Below are positions 1-13,900 of a stretch of DNA of 64,000 nucleotides, in pieces. How positions within the stretch are numbered: the first letter of the stretch is position 1; each line of letters opens with the position of its first letter. Under the pieces are notes generated by a model, which was given only the letters and a program-made list of their open reading frames with translations, made no database searches and was not told the origin of the DNA. The stretch covers positions 27,466,001 through 27,530,000 of the forward strand of contig OX597823.1 in the NCBI GenBank assembly GCA_951406725.2, written 5' to 3'. This DNA comes from Octopus vulgaris. Its lineage: Eukaryota. The position numbers were made by a program, and so were the translations under genes.

Positions 1-388
1 CACAGATATTTGTCCTCATAAACGTTCAGACTTTGGGTCATCTCCAAGACTCACCACCTTCCCTTCCTAAATTCAGCTGCCTACTTTTTCATTGTTGATA
101 AAGTTGGAATGTCATCCCCTACTGTAGCAACAATGTCAGCATGAATGTCGTTGGGAGTTAAAACCATTTTACTGCAGATAATTGATACCATAATATCTAA
201 TTACGTCCATTCTCTAGACGAGTCGCAGTTGCTTTTGAAGCCTCCTTTCAAAAGTCAGATACCAGTTTACTTGGAAATAAACAATACAGTTATTAATAAG
301 AATAGTTGAAATTAGCATCTGCAAGATTTCACAGCTCTACCATCACTCCTTCATAATCAACCTATGAACTCTTCAGCCCACCCTCATT
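1..388 (-). mobile_element. Degraded mariner-type transposon, 5' end (TIR and HTH region)
   Basis: Minus strand starts with a mariner-like TIR (gagggtgggctgaagagttcatagg) and encodes broken LTPNDIHADIVATVGDDIPTLSTMKK*AAEFRKGR...SLGDDPKS. Confidence 0.7.
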
Positions 389-487
389 ATCATAAATAAT
401 CTCGTAGAAATTCTCAAAACCTCGCACAATGTCATAAAATCTAATATGTTTTTACAGAATTTTTCATCTTTTCCTGTAATTCTTTAG

Positions 488-708
488 GGCACAGAATCTC
501 AGAAATTCCACAACAATGGAACTGAAGTAATGTTGATATACTGCGTAGACGCGACACTCCCGAGATTCCAACAATTGGCCTACTGTATTTACCAATTCGT
601 TACAATGTTTGTAGCTCCTACATTTATTTTGGCGATCTGCTATTCAAAGGTTATATACGTGTTGTGGGTCAGCACAAAGCAACTGGCTCAGATGACTTTC
701 ACAGAAAG
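488..708 (+). CDS. Class A (rhodopsin-like) peptide-type GPCR, internal exon encoding ECL2, TM5 and the start of ICL3
   Basis: Acceptor ttctttag|GGC at 487/488 and donor AG|gtgagt at 708/709. Translation GTESQKFHNNGTEVMLIYCVD...YQFVTMFVAPTFILAICYSKVIYVLWVSTKQL shows the ECL2 Cys, an N-glycosylation site (NGT) and the TM5 F-x-x-P...CY-x-x-V signature. Confidence 0.88.
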
Positions 709-1587
709 GTGAGTAACATGAACACTTGCTATTACTGTTGTTGCTATTTAGCACCAGGTCAGCCCTTAATGGAACAAACCTATGGTTAAAGGGATTCCAG
801 CTATGACCAACCAAAATTTTAAGAGGTATGTAGTTCTAAATTATCCAATATCTCAGGTTATTTAAGACGGTAGGTTGTTAAAGTAAGATAACTTGGCAGC
901 TATTTCAGTAGCTGAGCGATCACGATGACATTCTTTCACTGTTGAAGATGTTGTCGTTGTGGTTATTGCTGTTGATATTCTTGGTGAAAATGTCCGTGGC
1001 GTCGCCGTCGCTGTTGTTGTTGTTGTTGTTGTTTATCTGCAGAGTTGACCCAAAAGACGAAGACCTGGGAGAGAGTAGATGCACGGTCCACGGAACGTGA
1101 TCTGGCAAGTCCGATGTGGATAGTGGTGAGGGGATATCCGTGTAGGATAAAGTGGCGAGCCATGAGTTGAGAGTGAGTCTTAAAGGCATGGTCGTCACTA
1201 CAGAGCCTGCGTAGACGGATGTAAAGTTTGGCGTGTTTAGCGTGGGAGGAGGAGAAGTTGAGGTATGAGTGTGAGTCTGTGTGTTTGTAGTGGATGGAGG
1301 TGTTGAGAGTGGAGTGATGAATGTAAGTGAAAAGAAATTATCTCTGCGTCAGTAATCGAAATTTGCTGGTATTGTTCGGTAAATTTGAAGTTTATCTTCC
1401 GTCATACTGCAATCCTGATTTATGTCTTGGGCCCTCTCAAACACGGATCGACTCGTAAGAGCACCGTTATGACATACAGTGTGTTTTGGGAATTTTTTTT
1501 AATCTGGCGGAGAGCTAGGCCTTCTCCAGGTCTATACAGAGCTTATTTCCTTCTGAGAAAAACAGAAAGAGAATCGACTTCAGTACA

Positions 1588-1732
1588 TGACTGGTGTTTT
1601 ATTAATTGAACTCGAAATGATTAAAAACAAAGTTGACCTCGTCGGGATTTGAACTCAAGGTGCAGAGAACGGAAACGAATACCGCAAAGGAGTCTACCCG
1701 ACGCTCTAACGACGCTGCCAATTTGTCGCCTT
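1588..1732 (-). mobile_element. Diverged SINE family B fragment
   Basis: Reverse complement resembles the family B head and central domain (gagttcaaatcccgacgaggtcaactttg). Confidence 0.55.
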
Positions 1733-2056
1733 AATCCTTATTTATATGTCAATAAGATTAGCAATAATTAAGTCTGCCAACAGATACTAATTCCTGGTCA
1801 CATATTTGTCTATTTTTGTTGCACAGATAAGTTCCAATTCAACATTCCGAATTTCTTGGACAAAGAATTTCAACCAAGCATTACAAACACATTCTAGTTA
1901 AAAGAATTTGGTACAATGAAACGAAATCTCCTTCGAAGACAATTATTACTATTTGTAACTTTAGGGATATCCATTTGTATGCTACGATGAAACTCCCTGA
2001 ACATGTAAATTCAATGTTGAAAGAGTCACAGTTAGATGGAGTAACTAAGACTCTGT

Positions 2057-2058
<2 letters not shown>

Positions 2059-2144
<86 letters not shown>
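2059..2144. repeat. (GT)n microsatellite
   Basis: Uninterrupted GT array, one of dozens of (GT)n, (TA)n, (TACA)n and (GATA)n arrays in the window. Confidence 0.98.
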
Positions 2145-2146
<2 letters not shown>

Positions 2147-2560
2147 GACGTAATACAATGTACTTATAAATGTAATTATGAACAAAACTATGGAATTCAG
2201 AAAATTTGGATATTGTATATAACAATTGAAAGAACAAAATTGAATTACATCTACTGGAGGGTAATATAATTATCCACCTGCTGTGTATACATCTTTTAAT
2301 GTATGTGAGTATATTTGTTGATGTAAGTCTTCCGGCTCAATAAAAGTTGGAAGTAAAGTGAAAGTAAATGAAACGGAAACCATGCAATCGGACACATAAT
2401 TAAACATCGTAGAGTGTTTTTTTTTTATTTACCCTATCGATTCTCTCATTCCTGCTGATTCCTCTATATGACAGTTTCAAATTTAACAACAGACGTATAT
2501 GAACTTGATACCTTACAGTCAACCGAATCTTCAAATTTACCACCATCCTTTCTGATGGTC

Positions 2561-2735
2561 TACTGATTCTTCTAACGCACCACCATTTTCTCCGACACTC
2601 CACTGATTCTTCTAACACACCACCATTTTCTCCGACACTCCACTGATTCTTCTAACACACCACCATTTTCTCCGACACTCCACTGATTCTTCTAACACAC
2701 CACCATTTTCTCCGACACTCCACTGACTCTTCTAA
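2561..2735. repeat. 40-bp minisatellite, about 4.4 units
   Basis: Unit cactgattcttctaacacaccaccattttctccgacactc starts at 2561, 2601, 2641, 2681 and partly at 2721, head-to-tail with no spacers. Confidence 0.95.
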
Positions 2736-3278
2736 TTCATCAACATCTTCGCAGACACTTTACCGATTCTTGTACTCCACCACCAACATTTCTGTTAATT
2801 CTTTATTCACCTAACAACATTCTCTAACATGGCATCAAAATTTTACATTAATAACAGCAAGAAGAATAAATAAATAAACAATTAAATTACTAATTTAATA
2901 AGTAAATATATAAATTATATTGATTATTCAATAATTTAAAAAGTTTGACTACATAATGTCCTGCATGTTTCCCGAACTGTAACCCTTTTAAATATTGATT
3001 CCTCTCATTCCGAATAAATATTACTTAACTTGCTTTTATCACATTAATTCTTACTTATATTTCAAACTAAAGCGTATTTGCAGCTACAAAGGTCATACAA
3101 GGAATAGAAATTCCAAGTTGTACTCACCTAGTTTCGGAAATACTTATCTAGACCTTGCTTTTACATGCACGTCCATTACATCTGCGCCCACACACAGTTT
3201 TACGAACAAACCAGCTAGTCTGCGTTCAGTTCTAGATTAATTTTCAAAAACAAGTAAATGTTAATTATGTAATACAAA

Positions 3279-3740
3279 GGCGGCGAGATGGCAGAAACGT
3301 TAGCACGCCGGGCGAAATGCGTAGCCGTATTTCGTCGGGAAACCATGTGATTGGGAAGCAAGCTATTTACCACACAGCCAATCCTTCGCCTATACACAGC
3401 TACACCTGCGTCATATTCTGGGTTCAAATTCCGCCGAGGTCAACTTTGCATTTCATCCTTTCGGGGTCAATAAATTAAGTACCAGTTACGCACTGGGGTC
3501 GATATAATCGACTTAATCCCTTTGTCTGTCCTTGTTTGTCCTCTCTGTGTTTAGCCCCTTGTGGGTAGTAAAGAGCTAGGTATTTCGTCTGTCTTTACAT
3601 TCTGAGTTCAAATTCCGCAGGGGTCGACTTTGCCTTCTATCCTTTCGGGGTCGATAAATTAAGTACCAGTTGTGTACTGTGGTGGATCTAATCGACTGGC
3701 TCCCTCCCCTAAAATTTCGGGCCTTGTGCCTAGAGTAAAC
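3279..3740 (+). mobile_element. SINE family B, dimeric form, carrying a foreign insertion of about 80 bp
   Basis: Head ggcggcgagatggcagaaacgttagcacgccgggcg; central block ttcaaattccgccgaggtcgactttgcctttcatcctttcggggtcgataaattaagtaccag present twice; matches 43329-43725. Confidence 0.88.
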
Positions 3741-3751
3741 CAGGATATTTT

Positions 3752-4153
3752 CTTTTATTCTTACACTTGTTTCAGTCATTTGACTGCGGCCATGCTGGAG
3801 CACCGCCTTTTAGTTCAACAAATCTATCTCAGGACTTATTCTTTGTAAGCTTAGTACTTATTCTATCGGTTCTCTTTTGCCGAACCGCCAAGTTACAGGG
3901 ACGTAAGCACACCAGCGTCGGTTGTCAAGCGATGGTGGGGGGACAAACACAGACACACAGTCATACACACACACACACATATGTATATATATATATATAT
4001 ATATACGACGGGCTTCTTTCAGTTTTCGTCTACTAAATCCACTCACAAGGCTTTGGTCGGCCCGAGGCTGTAGTAGAAGACATTTACGCAAGGTGCCACG
4101 CAGTGGGACTGAACCCAGAACCATGTGGTTGGTAAGCAAGCTACTTACCACAC
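3752..4153 (-). mobile_element. SINE family A (tRNA-like head, internal microsatellite)
   Basis: Reverse complement matches the copies at 31998-32400 and 61120-61534, including the tail ggcggtgctccagcatggccgcagtcaaatgactgaaacaag. Confidence 0.88.
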
Positions 4154-4644
4154 ATACACTATATTAGCTAGAATGTTTGTAATTGTTGTTGTTGTTTTGT
4201 TTACTCTAAGATCATGGAAGGAAAATAATTGGTCTCCGATTAACGACGTTCCATCCGTGACGAACTTTTCTTTATTCGAGACACAGTACCTAGAACTAGG
4301 CTATCAAAACTGCTTTCCACAACCACCTGTCTCTCTCTCTGTCTCTCTCTCTCTCTGTCTCTCTCTATTTCTCTCTCTCTCTCTCTCTCTCTCACTCCCT
4401 CTCTTTAAGAAGGTACAATTTGAAAATGGCAGATGTTTTGTTTGGTATTACTAGTCGGATATGTGACACCTTAGAGACAATACCAAATACAAGTAATTGC
4501 TAATTATATTCCAAACAAGTTTTGATGGATGGGAACTAGTCCGACATTTTGACTTCTTGTATATTTCGATTCTACGTCTATAATGGTCGATGTGTTACTG
4601 ACACAACGGTAGTGTTAACGTTAGTACATTCTCTTGGTATTTTG

Positions 4645-4889
4645 TTCTTTTACCTGTTTCAGTCATTTGACTGCGGCCATGCTGGAGCACCGCCTTTTTA
4701 GTCGAACAAATCGATCCCAGGATTTATTCTTTTGTAAGCCTAGTACTTATTCTATCGGTCTCTGTTTGCCGAACCGTTAAGCTACGGGGACGTTAACACA
4801 CCAGCATCGGTTGTCAAGCGTTGGTGTGGAAACAAACACAGATACAAACATACACACACGCACCCACCCACCCACACACACACACACAC

Positions 4890-4944
<55 letters not shown>

Positions 4945-5080
4945 ACGGGCTTCTTTCAGTTTCCGTCTACCAAATCTTCTCACAAGGCTTTGGTCGGCCC
5001 AAGGTGCCTCGCAGTGAGACTGAACACGGAACCATGTGGTTGGGAAGCAAGCTATTTACCACACAGCCAATCCTTCGCCT
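4645..5080 (-). mobile_element. SINE family A with internal deletion
   Basis: Same head, internal (TA/CA)n and tail as the other family A copies; about 25 bp missing near 5000. Confidence 0.88.
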
Positions 5081-5323
5081 ATACACAGCTACACCTGCGT
5101 CATATTTACCTTTAATGCTAACGTCATTTACTTTTTCAATGCAAATACCACCCTCTGTTGTGGAGAAACAGTACGATATGAGGAAACCAGTGGTTAACTG
5201 CATCACTCGAGCCATGTTCACCGCCTTTTCCTTTCAACAAATCTACTGAATGGCAGAAACTCCTTCAGTATACTCACATTCTTTTCCAAGCGAAACTCAA
5301 AGAAGCTAGTGAGAGCTTGACTA

Positions 5324-5673
5324 CACTGGCGAAAATAAATTTAAGACCGATGATAAATGTTCTATTTCTTACAAAATATTTTTGTTACTAATACCATACA
5401 AATTATTTTTAGCTTTTACACCTTATGTAGAATTTACTTCTCTTTCGAATGATGCAGACAATAACTGTTTTTATCCAATGCTAAATTTTTATCCAATGCT
5501 AAATTAATATAAACGTTTCAAATTTACCGGCAAAATTAGTTTAAGACCATGTAATATGTATGCAAATTTGTTTGCCAAAATGGGTGGCCACACAAGTAGC
5601 CTAACAGCACTATATAGTGTTATAATTTAACGCTATTATACAATTGATTAATAATGGGAAAACTACGTAGCCT
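5324..5673 (+). mobile_element. Truncated 5' end of the Tc1 family found at 40889-42543
   Basis: TA|cactggcgaaaataaatttaagaccg TIR, leader and first codons (ATG GGA AAA CTA CGT AGC) match the reverse complement of 42195-42543. Confidence 0.88.
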
Positions 5674-6196
5674 TTATTCTTTCGATTGAAGCACCAGAAA
5701 ATTTTCTTTATAACTTAGACGGTTTGAAAAATAGAAAAAGAACTCTTTATAAACGCGACTCAGTTAAGTAACTTTAATTTGAAGACAATAATTTTCTGCT
5801 GCTGCCTCAAATATAATCATTAGAAAAAGGATACAAATAGAAAAAATATTTCCAATACGGACAACGAGTACTTTAAACTCACTCCATGCAGATATTCTAC
5901 GACGTGTTAGTAAAACTTGGGGACAATGCTGTTTATACAAAAATGAGATAACAGAAGCTTTAAAAATTGTATAATTTAATAAACAAATGAAGTCATCAAA
6001 GATTAACTTTTATGTTTTAATTTTCATGAATTAAAACGTTGTTTACGGTGTTTTAATGCATAATTTGATGTTGTAGTAATTACCATTTGCACGAAATTGG
6101 TTTAATAAATAGTTTTCTGGGTAAAAAATCAATTTAGCGTGTTTTTTATAAAACAAATTTTTAAAAATTCAATCATTTTGGGAAACCTTATATTGA

Positions 6197-7860
6197 ACTA
6201 ACAGAGATATCCGGCGTTGCCCGTGTTACATGCAATTGAAGAATTAAACTGTTCTGTTATATTTTCTGTAATGAATTGGAATACCTAAAGAGGGTTCTTT
6301 CCCTCTTTACTTACCCTAAAAAATTCTAATCACGACACATGTATCCCATACTACTGATCTTTCTGCGCAGATTCCAAAATTCCAGTCTTATTGAACCTGT
6401 TAAAAGGATTTTGTTCCTGAAAAATGGAGGTCATGGAGGTCTAAAATGTGGGGGCTAAGGCCCCTATTGGGGATGGGTGTCTTAATGTCAGCCAGAGAAG
6501 TTGAATTGTTGAGAATCTTTTAAACTTGGGTCTTATATATATTGTTCCAATTTCTTTGAAATCGGAAATATATGTATGTTCACTGGGTTTATAAAAGCGA
6601 ACAAAGCTACAGGAAACCAAAAGACGAATGATCACAATAAGCAGTCAGCTACACTACCCTAGTCGTTACCACTCCCCAATGTAGGATTCCTCACCATACA
6701 GGTAACAGGCACAGCCGTAAGATGCATTACGGATCTATAGCAATTGGAAAGGCGTGATCCAACTCAAATAAACATTAACAACTGTGTAACGTGAGGGCTA
6801 AGGAGAAATGAAAGTGTCACCTCTGGAGTTTGCAGATGACCACTATACCGATAGGTAACTGGACAGAATAATTTACAATCTATAAATGTCTTTGAATAAC
6901 CAGTCACTCATCTGGGAAGGCCTTGAAATCAATGTTACCATCTGGGGACTATGTATGACCCAGTGATAATAAAAAGACTCAAGGGAGGCCTGCAACTAAA
7001 TAACTTTACTCAACACTCTGCAACTGAATCAGTGGAGGCAAAGATGACTCTCATTTACTTGACAATTTATGCACCACATTGCAGAAACCGCAATCTAAGT
7101 ATATATCAAAGCAAACTCTTACACTGTTGTACTATTTAATTACAAATAATGCTCATCTTTTATGCTCGGGTGACCCTATAGCTTCCACGAGTACAACTGT
7201 ATTCGTCTTTGCTTAGATAAAATGACTAAATTGTGGGTGCTAAGTCCCCGTGAAGGGGTCTTTGTAACTTCTAAGAAGATGAAATTTTAGAAATATTACT
7301 TCATTTGTGTCTAATATCTATGGTTAAAATTTCATCAGCAGCAAAGATACATGAATTTTCATGGAGGTTATAGCCCTTATGCATAGAATATAATTTCCAA
7401 ATTTCATAAAGATCCATTGAGTACTTTTGACCTAGTTTTGGATCATAAAAAATGACTAAAATTTGGGAGTTAAGGCCCCCATTAGGGGGTCATAGAATTC
7501 TCATGAGAAGTCGCAAGTTTGAGAATACTTCTTGATGTGTGTCAATTACTCATGGTTGAAATTTCATCAACATCGAAAATTTATGAATTTTCATGGGGGT
7601 TCTGCCCCCTTTAAGCCATCTCAAATTCAAACCAAACATATTGCATTATACCCACCCTTATGCATTAAATCTAAGTTCCAAATATCATAAGGATTCATTA
7701 AGTAATTTTGGTCCATGAAATTGTATGAATCATACAGCATTACCTTTCTCCCTAGGGTTGGATTTTGTGTTCCAAATTTCATTAGGATCGGTGCAGTAGT
7801 TTTCGAATGTATACGTAACACACGAACACACGTAAAGACATTGACTATTACTATTATATT
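6197..7860 (+). mobile_element. Helitron/Helentron-like non-autonomous element (degraded)
   Basis: 5' actaacagagatatccggcgttgcccgtgtt resembles 25738. Repeated aaatttcat...gatc motifs and a 3' end of acacac...tattata. Boundaries approximate. Confidence 0.5.
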
Positions 7861-7869
7861 TTTATTTTG

Positions 7870-8125
7870 ATAAGCCTGGTACTTATTCTATCAGTTTCTT
7901 CTTGTCAAACCAGTAAGTTATGGGGATGTAAATAAACGAACAACAGTTGTGAAGCAGTGATGAGGAAGAAACACAGAGAGAAAGACACACACATACACTT
8001 ACATATATACATATATATATATATATAAATATATATATACGATTGATTCCTTTAATTTTCTGTCTACGAAATCCACTCACAAGGCTCTGGTTGGTCTGAG
8101 ACTATAGCAGAAGACACATGCCAAG
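7870..8125 (-). mobile_element. Diverged SINE family A fragment
   Basis: taagcctggtacttattctatc...aatccactcacaaggct...ctatagcagaagacac matches the family A body. Confidence 0.7.
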
Positions 8126-8239
8126 TTACCAACTTGTTGTATCTTGAGGTCTCTGGATGAGACTTGGAGTCAACTTGTACAAATACATATATTAATAATA
8201 CATATAATAATACATACGTACATACATACATACATACAT

Positions 8240-8271
<32 letters not shown>

Positions 8272-8276
<5 letters not shown>

Positions 8277-8610
8277 TGGGACCATCCAGGCAAATAGACC
8301 AGATATCGTTGTGAAAGATCAAAACAATAAAGTCTGTCTACGGATTGACAAGAGCTTACCCTGTGACCATAATATCTCGGCAAAAGAATTTGATAAGCGC
8401 AGAAAATATGAAGATTTGCCAATAGAAATCGAAAAGTTGTGGCATCTCAAGACGGTTACAATACCAGAGATTCTAGGGGCACTCGGAATGATCAATAAAG
8501 AACTGAAAATTATTTAAGAATGATCCCTGGCTTACTATCCATGCATGAAGTGCAAACGATTGTCTTAGCTGTATATCACACGTAATGTGAAGAGCAATGT
8601 CACTCTGAAT
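8272..8610 (+). mobile_element. 3' fragment of an R4/Dong-like RLE LINE
   Basis: ANRPDIVVKDQNNKVCLRIDKSLPCDHNISAKEFDKRRKYEDLPIEIEKLW...ILGALG is a restriction-like endonuclease (PD-D/ExK) C-terminus. Confidence 0.82.
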
Positions 8611-9738
8611 TTTCTTTCCATTTCCGTTGTTTTCTTTTTTTCCTGATTTCTTTTTTCATTCTTTCAGCCATTTATTCATCGCTTCCAGCCCTTCCTTGTA
8701 CATAGCAATTCGTAAAGGATTTGAGCGGTTCAAAGACGTAATAGCTGGAAGGGGCCAGATAGATCTGGATTGCATGCAGAATGTTCTAGCAACTCGGGCT
8801 ATCTGTGTATCATATTTAATGTGGGCGTGCACTCTCGTGCAAAACTAACACTTGCTTTCGACAATAGACCTCAGTATTTGGGGTGAATTGCACACAGGTA
8901 ACGGGATATCATTTAATTTATGTGCCCCTGAAGCATTCAAAATACACTTCCCTAAACATATTGCTTCTAAGAGATGCTCTGAAAAAAAGTTTCTGTTGCA
9001 CCCACAAGTGTTTCAAAAATATCAAACATTTTCAACTTTTTCCAAGTATAATATGCATAATAATAGAAGGTGGAATCGAGTCACCTCTCGTCAGTTTCTG
9101 AACCCCTCTTCTACAACATCATAAATAAAACCAACACCTTTAAAAGTTAAATCCCTCTGTATAGCTTTCCCTACTCTTAATTACAGATAACAACCGTAAC
9201 AACCTTTCAGAATTTGCTCATTACTATCCTTCCAAATTTTAAGTTGGCCTTACATCAATGAACAGGTATAACATCTATTTTATTTATATAAACTAATTTT
9301 CGTACATATTTTCCCATATATTATTCTGTGATTATTTCTTGTACAATATGTATTTTATATATTAGCAACTAGGTTAGCTTCTCCTTGTGTTAAGTTTTAG
9401 AAAAATATATCACTTCGTTATATCAATTCCTGCTAACTTAAAATATATTTAATCATCATTGTTAACTCATTTTCCTCTACACAATTAATCGGTACATGTG
9501 ATATACATACCACTGTATATATTTTGTATACATCACTAAATGTATACGTATTGTAGATACCAAAATCACTCTTCTTTTGTGTTAAATCCTTGTTATCTCT
9601 AACTAAACCACATATGACTTTATCACTAATTTTTCATAACTTTCTTTTACTTCCGTCTGAAGTATATTAAAGCATTTCACCATATCAAATATTTGAAGAA
9701 TGTCCATTCTGCTTCGCTATTCTTCACTCACCATTGCT

Positions 9739-9844
<106 letters not shown>

Positions 9845-10804
9845 CATACATACAAACATACATACATACATACATACATACATACATACATACATACATA
9901 CATACATAAATATGTTTGGTGCGTGTGTGTGTGTATGTATTTATGTTTGTATATATATATATAAATCACGTATATATTAATTATATTACTCTAATGTCCT
10001 GGTCACTGTGTGCATATTTTTATTATTATAAATATTTCCCCCTTGAGATTGTCTTTTTTTCACAATGAAAATTTTTATGCATCACTTCTTCTTTACTTCA
10101 CTCAACTTCTATATTCTCATACAGATTAAAAATTTTAGTTATATTTTCATTTTCCGTGGTGTTTTCATTTTCTTTACACTGTATTCCTTAAGTTATTTTT
10201 GATACGCATGATTAATGTTTTTTTACAATTCTATTATTTTATCACCTTACATAAGAAATAATTTACTGTGTAAACACCGCGCTTTTATGAGGTTTCGTTT
10301 ACATACGCTCCTACTTTATTACAGTCTATTACGTTTTTCTTTTTCACACTTTATTTCTTGCTAAACATTTCCTGCATCCATTCTCCTTAGATTTATTAAA
10401 TCTTCAACATCGCCATCATTATTCACATTTACATGAAGTCGCTACTTTTCACAGTTTTTCTTTCTCAGACAGTATTTTTAAGTTCCTTTATTCTAACTCA
10501 AATAATTACCATTCTACATAATCTAATACTAACCGTCGTAGCTTTTCGTTTCCCTAGGACATTTCTTGCTCACATTAAACTTTTCCGTTATATAATTTAA
10601 TCGTCCCTCTTGTGTCGAACATTGTTCTATCAAACTGTTATTGACTGACTTTCTAACAGCTGTATTTCTTCCAGAGATATCCCTTTTGAGCACATTTAAA
10701 ACATTCCTTGTAGCTACAGAATCCTTACTTCTATTTTTACCTGCTACTAGTACATTAAATGATTATTTACCTTATTACTCTATACATACCTTATATTATT
10801 ATTA

Positions 10805-10844
<40 letters not shown>

Positions 10845-10879
10845 GCTGCTGCTGATGCTGCTACTACTACTACTACTAC

Positions 10880-10936
<57 letters not shown>
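10805..10936. repeat. Compound (TAC)n(TGC)n(TAC)n(TAT)n microsatellite at the 3' end of a LINE
   Basis: Direct reading; abuts the 3' end of the minus-strand R4/Dong-like element. Confidence 0.95.
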
Positions 10937-10938
<2 letters not shown>

Positions 10939-13900
10939 GTTTGACTTTTGCTTTACATTTGTTCAAGTTCGCTCCAAGTCTCACCCAGAGACCTCAAGAA
11001 ACAACAAGTTGGAAGTTCATATTGGTGCCATATATTTGTTTTTGTACTTAGTGTTGTACTAGTGAATGTTTAAGAAACCATAAGAATATTGTTTGTTTTA
11101 AAACTTGAGATTACATAGAAAGTAATTTTCGTAGGATATGGGTAGTTCCCATGAGCACTATTTTTTAATTTCTGCCATTTTAGGGTTTCTAGTATCAGAG
11201 CAAGGTATTAATCAGCCCCTTTTGCTATCATTTCTAGGGCACCTATGACAGCAGGTATTGTTTAAGTCTTCAGGTTCCACATTTTGCCACTTTCTATTTC
11301 AAAATCTTTACACTTGCTCAGTTTTTGGTAGGTCTTGGTAGATACATTTATGTTGAGTGGGACAGTCATATCAATGAGGGGGCATGATTTTTGTCTGAAG
11401 TCTTTCAATATGATGTCTTGCCTATTCGCATCTATCTTTCTGTCAGTTTTCACGGTGAAGTTCCAGAGAAGTGAGATGTGATCATTTTCAAGTACTGGAG
11501 GTGGTTTGTGTTACCACCAATTTTAATATCATGGGGCAGATCCAGGTTTTTTCAAATTACCCAGTGAATACACAGTGCTGCTCTATCATACCTTTTGAGA
11601 TACTCTATAGGTGCAAGAAGACTGCACATGGAAACAACATGATCAATGGTTTTGTTTTGTTGTTGACATACATGACATGTTGGGCTACTACCGTTGTTTA
11701 ATATGTTGGCCTGGTAGTTTCTTGGTAGATATTGATCTTGGACTGCTATGACAAACCCTTCTGTTTCTGATTTTAAGCCAGAAGACAATAACCATTGATG
11801 GGTAAGGGCTTTGTCAACATCAGTATTATTAGTTCTCTTGGGACATTTACGATGGGGTGGTTTTCTTGCCATTTATCAGTAAGAATATCTAAAGCAGCAA
11901 TTTTAGCACGTGTTTTCATACACTTAGCTTTTCCTGTGCTTGTTTCCAGTACGTCTAATTCTGGGATTAGATGTACTTAGAATTCACTTAGATAATTCTT
12001 TGCCTGTTTTGTTACTGATTATGATACTTTCTTGTTTTCATGCTTTGAGATAAGTTTTAACATCCATTCATCAGAGTTTTTCAGGTAGGTGTTAGGCCAG
12101 TTGTGGCAATCTTCAGCGTTAATTCCTGTTGTAAATGTCCACGGCCTCCCTCTTTCGTTGGCAAGTAAAGTCGTTCAGTATCTGCCTTAGGGTGGTGCAT
12201 TCTATGCATTGTCAATAATTTTCGTATTTTCTGTGAAGATTACCTATTTCAGTAATTGACCAGTTAACGATATTGAAACTGTAAGTCACGACTGGTATGG
12301 CTAAATTATTGATCGCTTTGATCCTGTTTCTTGCGTTCAGCCCTGTCTTACGTATTGCTCTTACTCTGCGATACATTCTCTTCTGATCCTTTCCCTCATC
12401 ATTGAATGTTTGATTCCATCCCCTTCAAATACCACTAGGTATTTGTAGCTCTCCACTGGTTTCTAACTCTTTTATGTCTGACTCTGCTGGTCAAGATTAA
12501 CGTTGGATATTTCTGTCATTTTACCTTTGATAAAAGTAGCTTTTCGCAGATTTATCGAGAGCAAATTGTATCCTGATGTCATCACTGAATTATTTAACAA
12601 TTGCTAGTAAGCCCTGTAGTTGTTAGTCATATTTTGCAAAGAGCTTTAAATCATGCATGTAAAAGAGATAATTTAAATAATTATCAAACACTTTATAGCC
12701 ATATTGTACATCATGGAGCAATTTCGAGAGATGTATTAAGGCTACACAAAGGAGTGGTGATAGTGAGTCACCCTAGAAAATACCACATGGAATTCTTACA
12801 TCTCCAGCACTGAGAAATTCATTGTCACTGCTCAAAGTCAGTGTGGTTCTCCATGATCTCATACTTGCAGATAAGAAGATTCGCAGAGTAGGTACTATTT
12901 TATATATTTCCAGATATTTCTTAATCCAGCTATGTGGTAGACTATCAAAAGCATTTTATAGTCTACTCAGGCTATCGACAAGTTCTAGTGTTGTTTGTGA
13001 CAATCTTCCAAGATAATCTTATTGATGAGTAGCTGATCTTTACAACCATAGGACCCACGTTTACATGCTTTTTGCTTATTAGGGAATACCCCACTTTCTA
13101 TGAAAACACTACAGGTATATTCAGTCAAGACAGATGTTATTATTTTTTACACTGTTGTTAAGCAGGTTATAGATCTATAATTTTTTGGTTCATTTGTTTC
13201 TTCATTTCTTGGAAGTAGGAATGTTACATCATTAACTAGCCAAAAGAGAATCATACTAAGTTGTTGCAAAACTTTGTGGTAAAGTTTCATTAGCAGTTAA
13301 TGACTCTCTGGGAAGGCATTCAACCAAAGGTTAGGAATTTTATCTTTTCCTGGAGACTTCCATTTGCTTGATTTCCTGAGAGCAGATCTTACTTCCTCGA
13401 CCTTGACGCTCTCCTACTTTTGCTCTTTTAAGGAGTCTAAGACAGTAGATATTCTATCAATCCAAGGGGCAATTTTATTGTGTGATTTTTTTTCTGCCCA
13501 AAATTTTATTCCAAAATTACTGTATTTCTTCTTTTCATGAGACAGACTTTACTGTAACTGGTATTTTCCCTATCTTCCTGTAAAAATATTTTGGGTTATT
13601 TTTTAACATGTCCTTGAAGAATCTAACGCGCTTTTCATACCGTCCTATCGGGCAGCTTCAGCACATACTTTTGCTTGATAGTTTCTTATTTCTTTATTGC
13701 TCACAAGGGGCTAAACATAGAGGGGGTCAAACAAGGACAAACAAAGGGATTAAGTCGATTACATCGACCCTAGTGCGTAACTGATACTTAATTTATCGAC
13801 CCCGAAAGGATGAAAGGCAAAGTCGACCTCGGTGGAATTTGAACTCAGAACGTTACGGCAGACGAAATACCGTGAAGCATTTCGCCCGGCGTGCTAACGT

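Noticed and set aside
920-1198. Minus-strand poly-N/poly-Q ORFs
   Set aside because: Driven by a (TTG)n tract; no recognisable domain or splice structure.
2561-2735. 40-bp repeats as a CRISPR array
   Set aside because: Head-to-tail units with no unique spacers, eukaryotic context and no cas genes.
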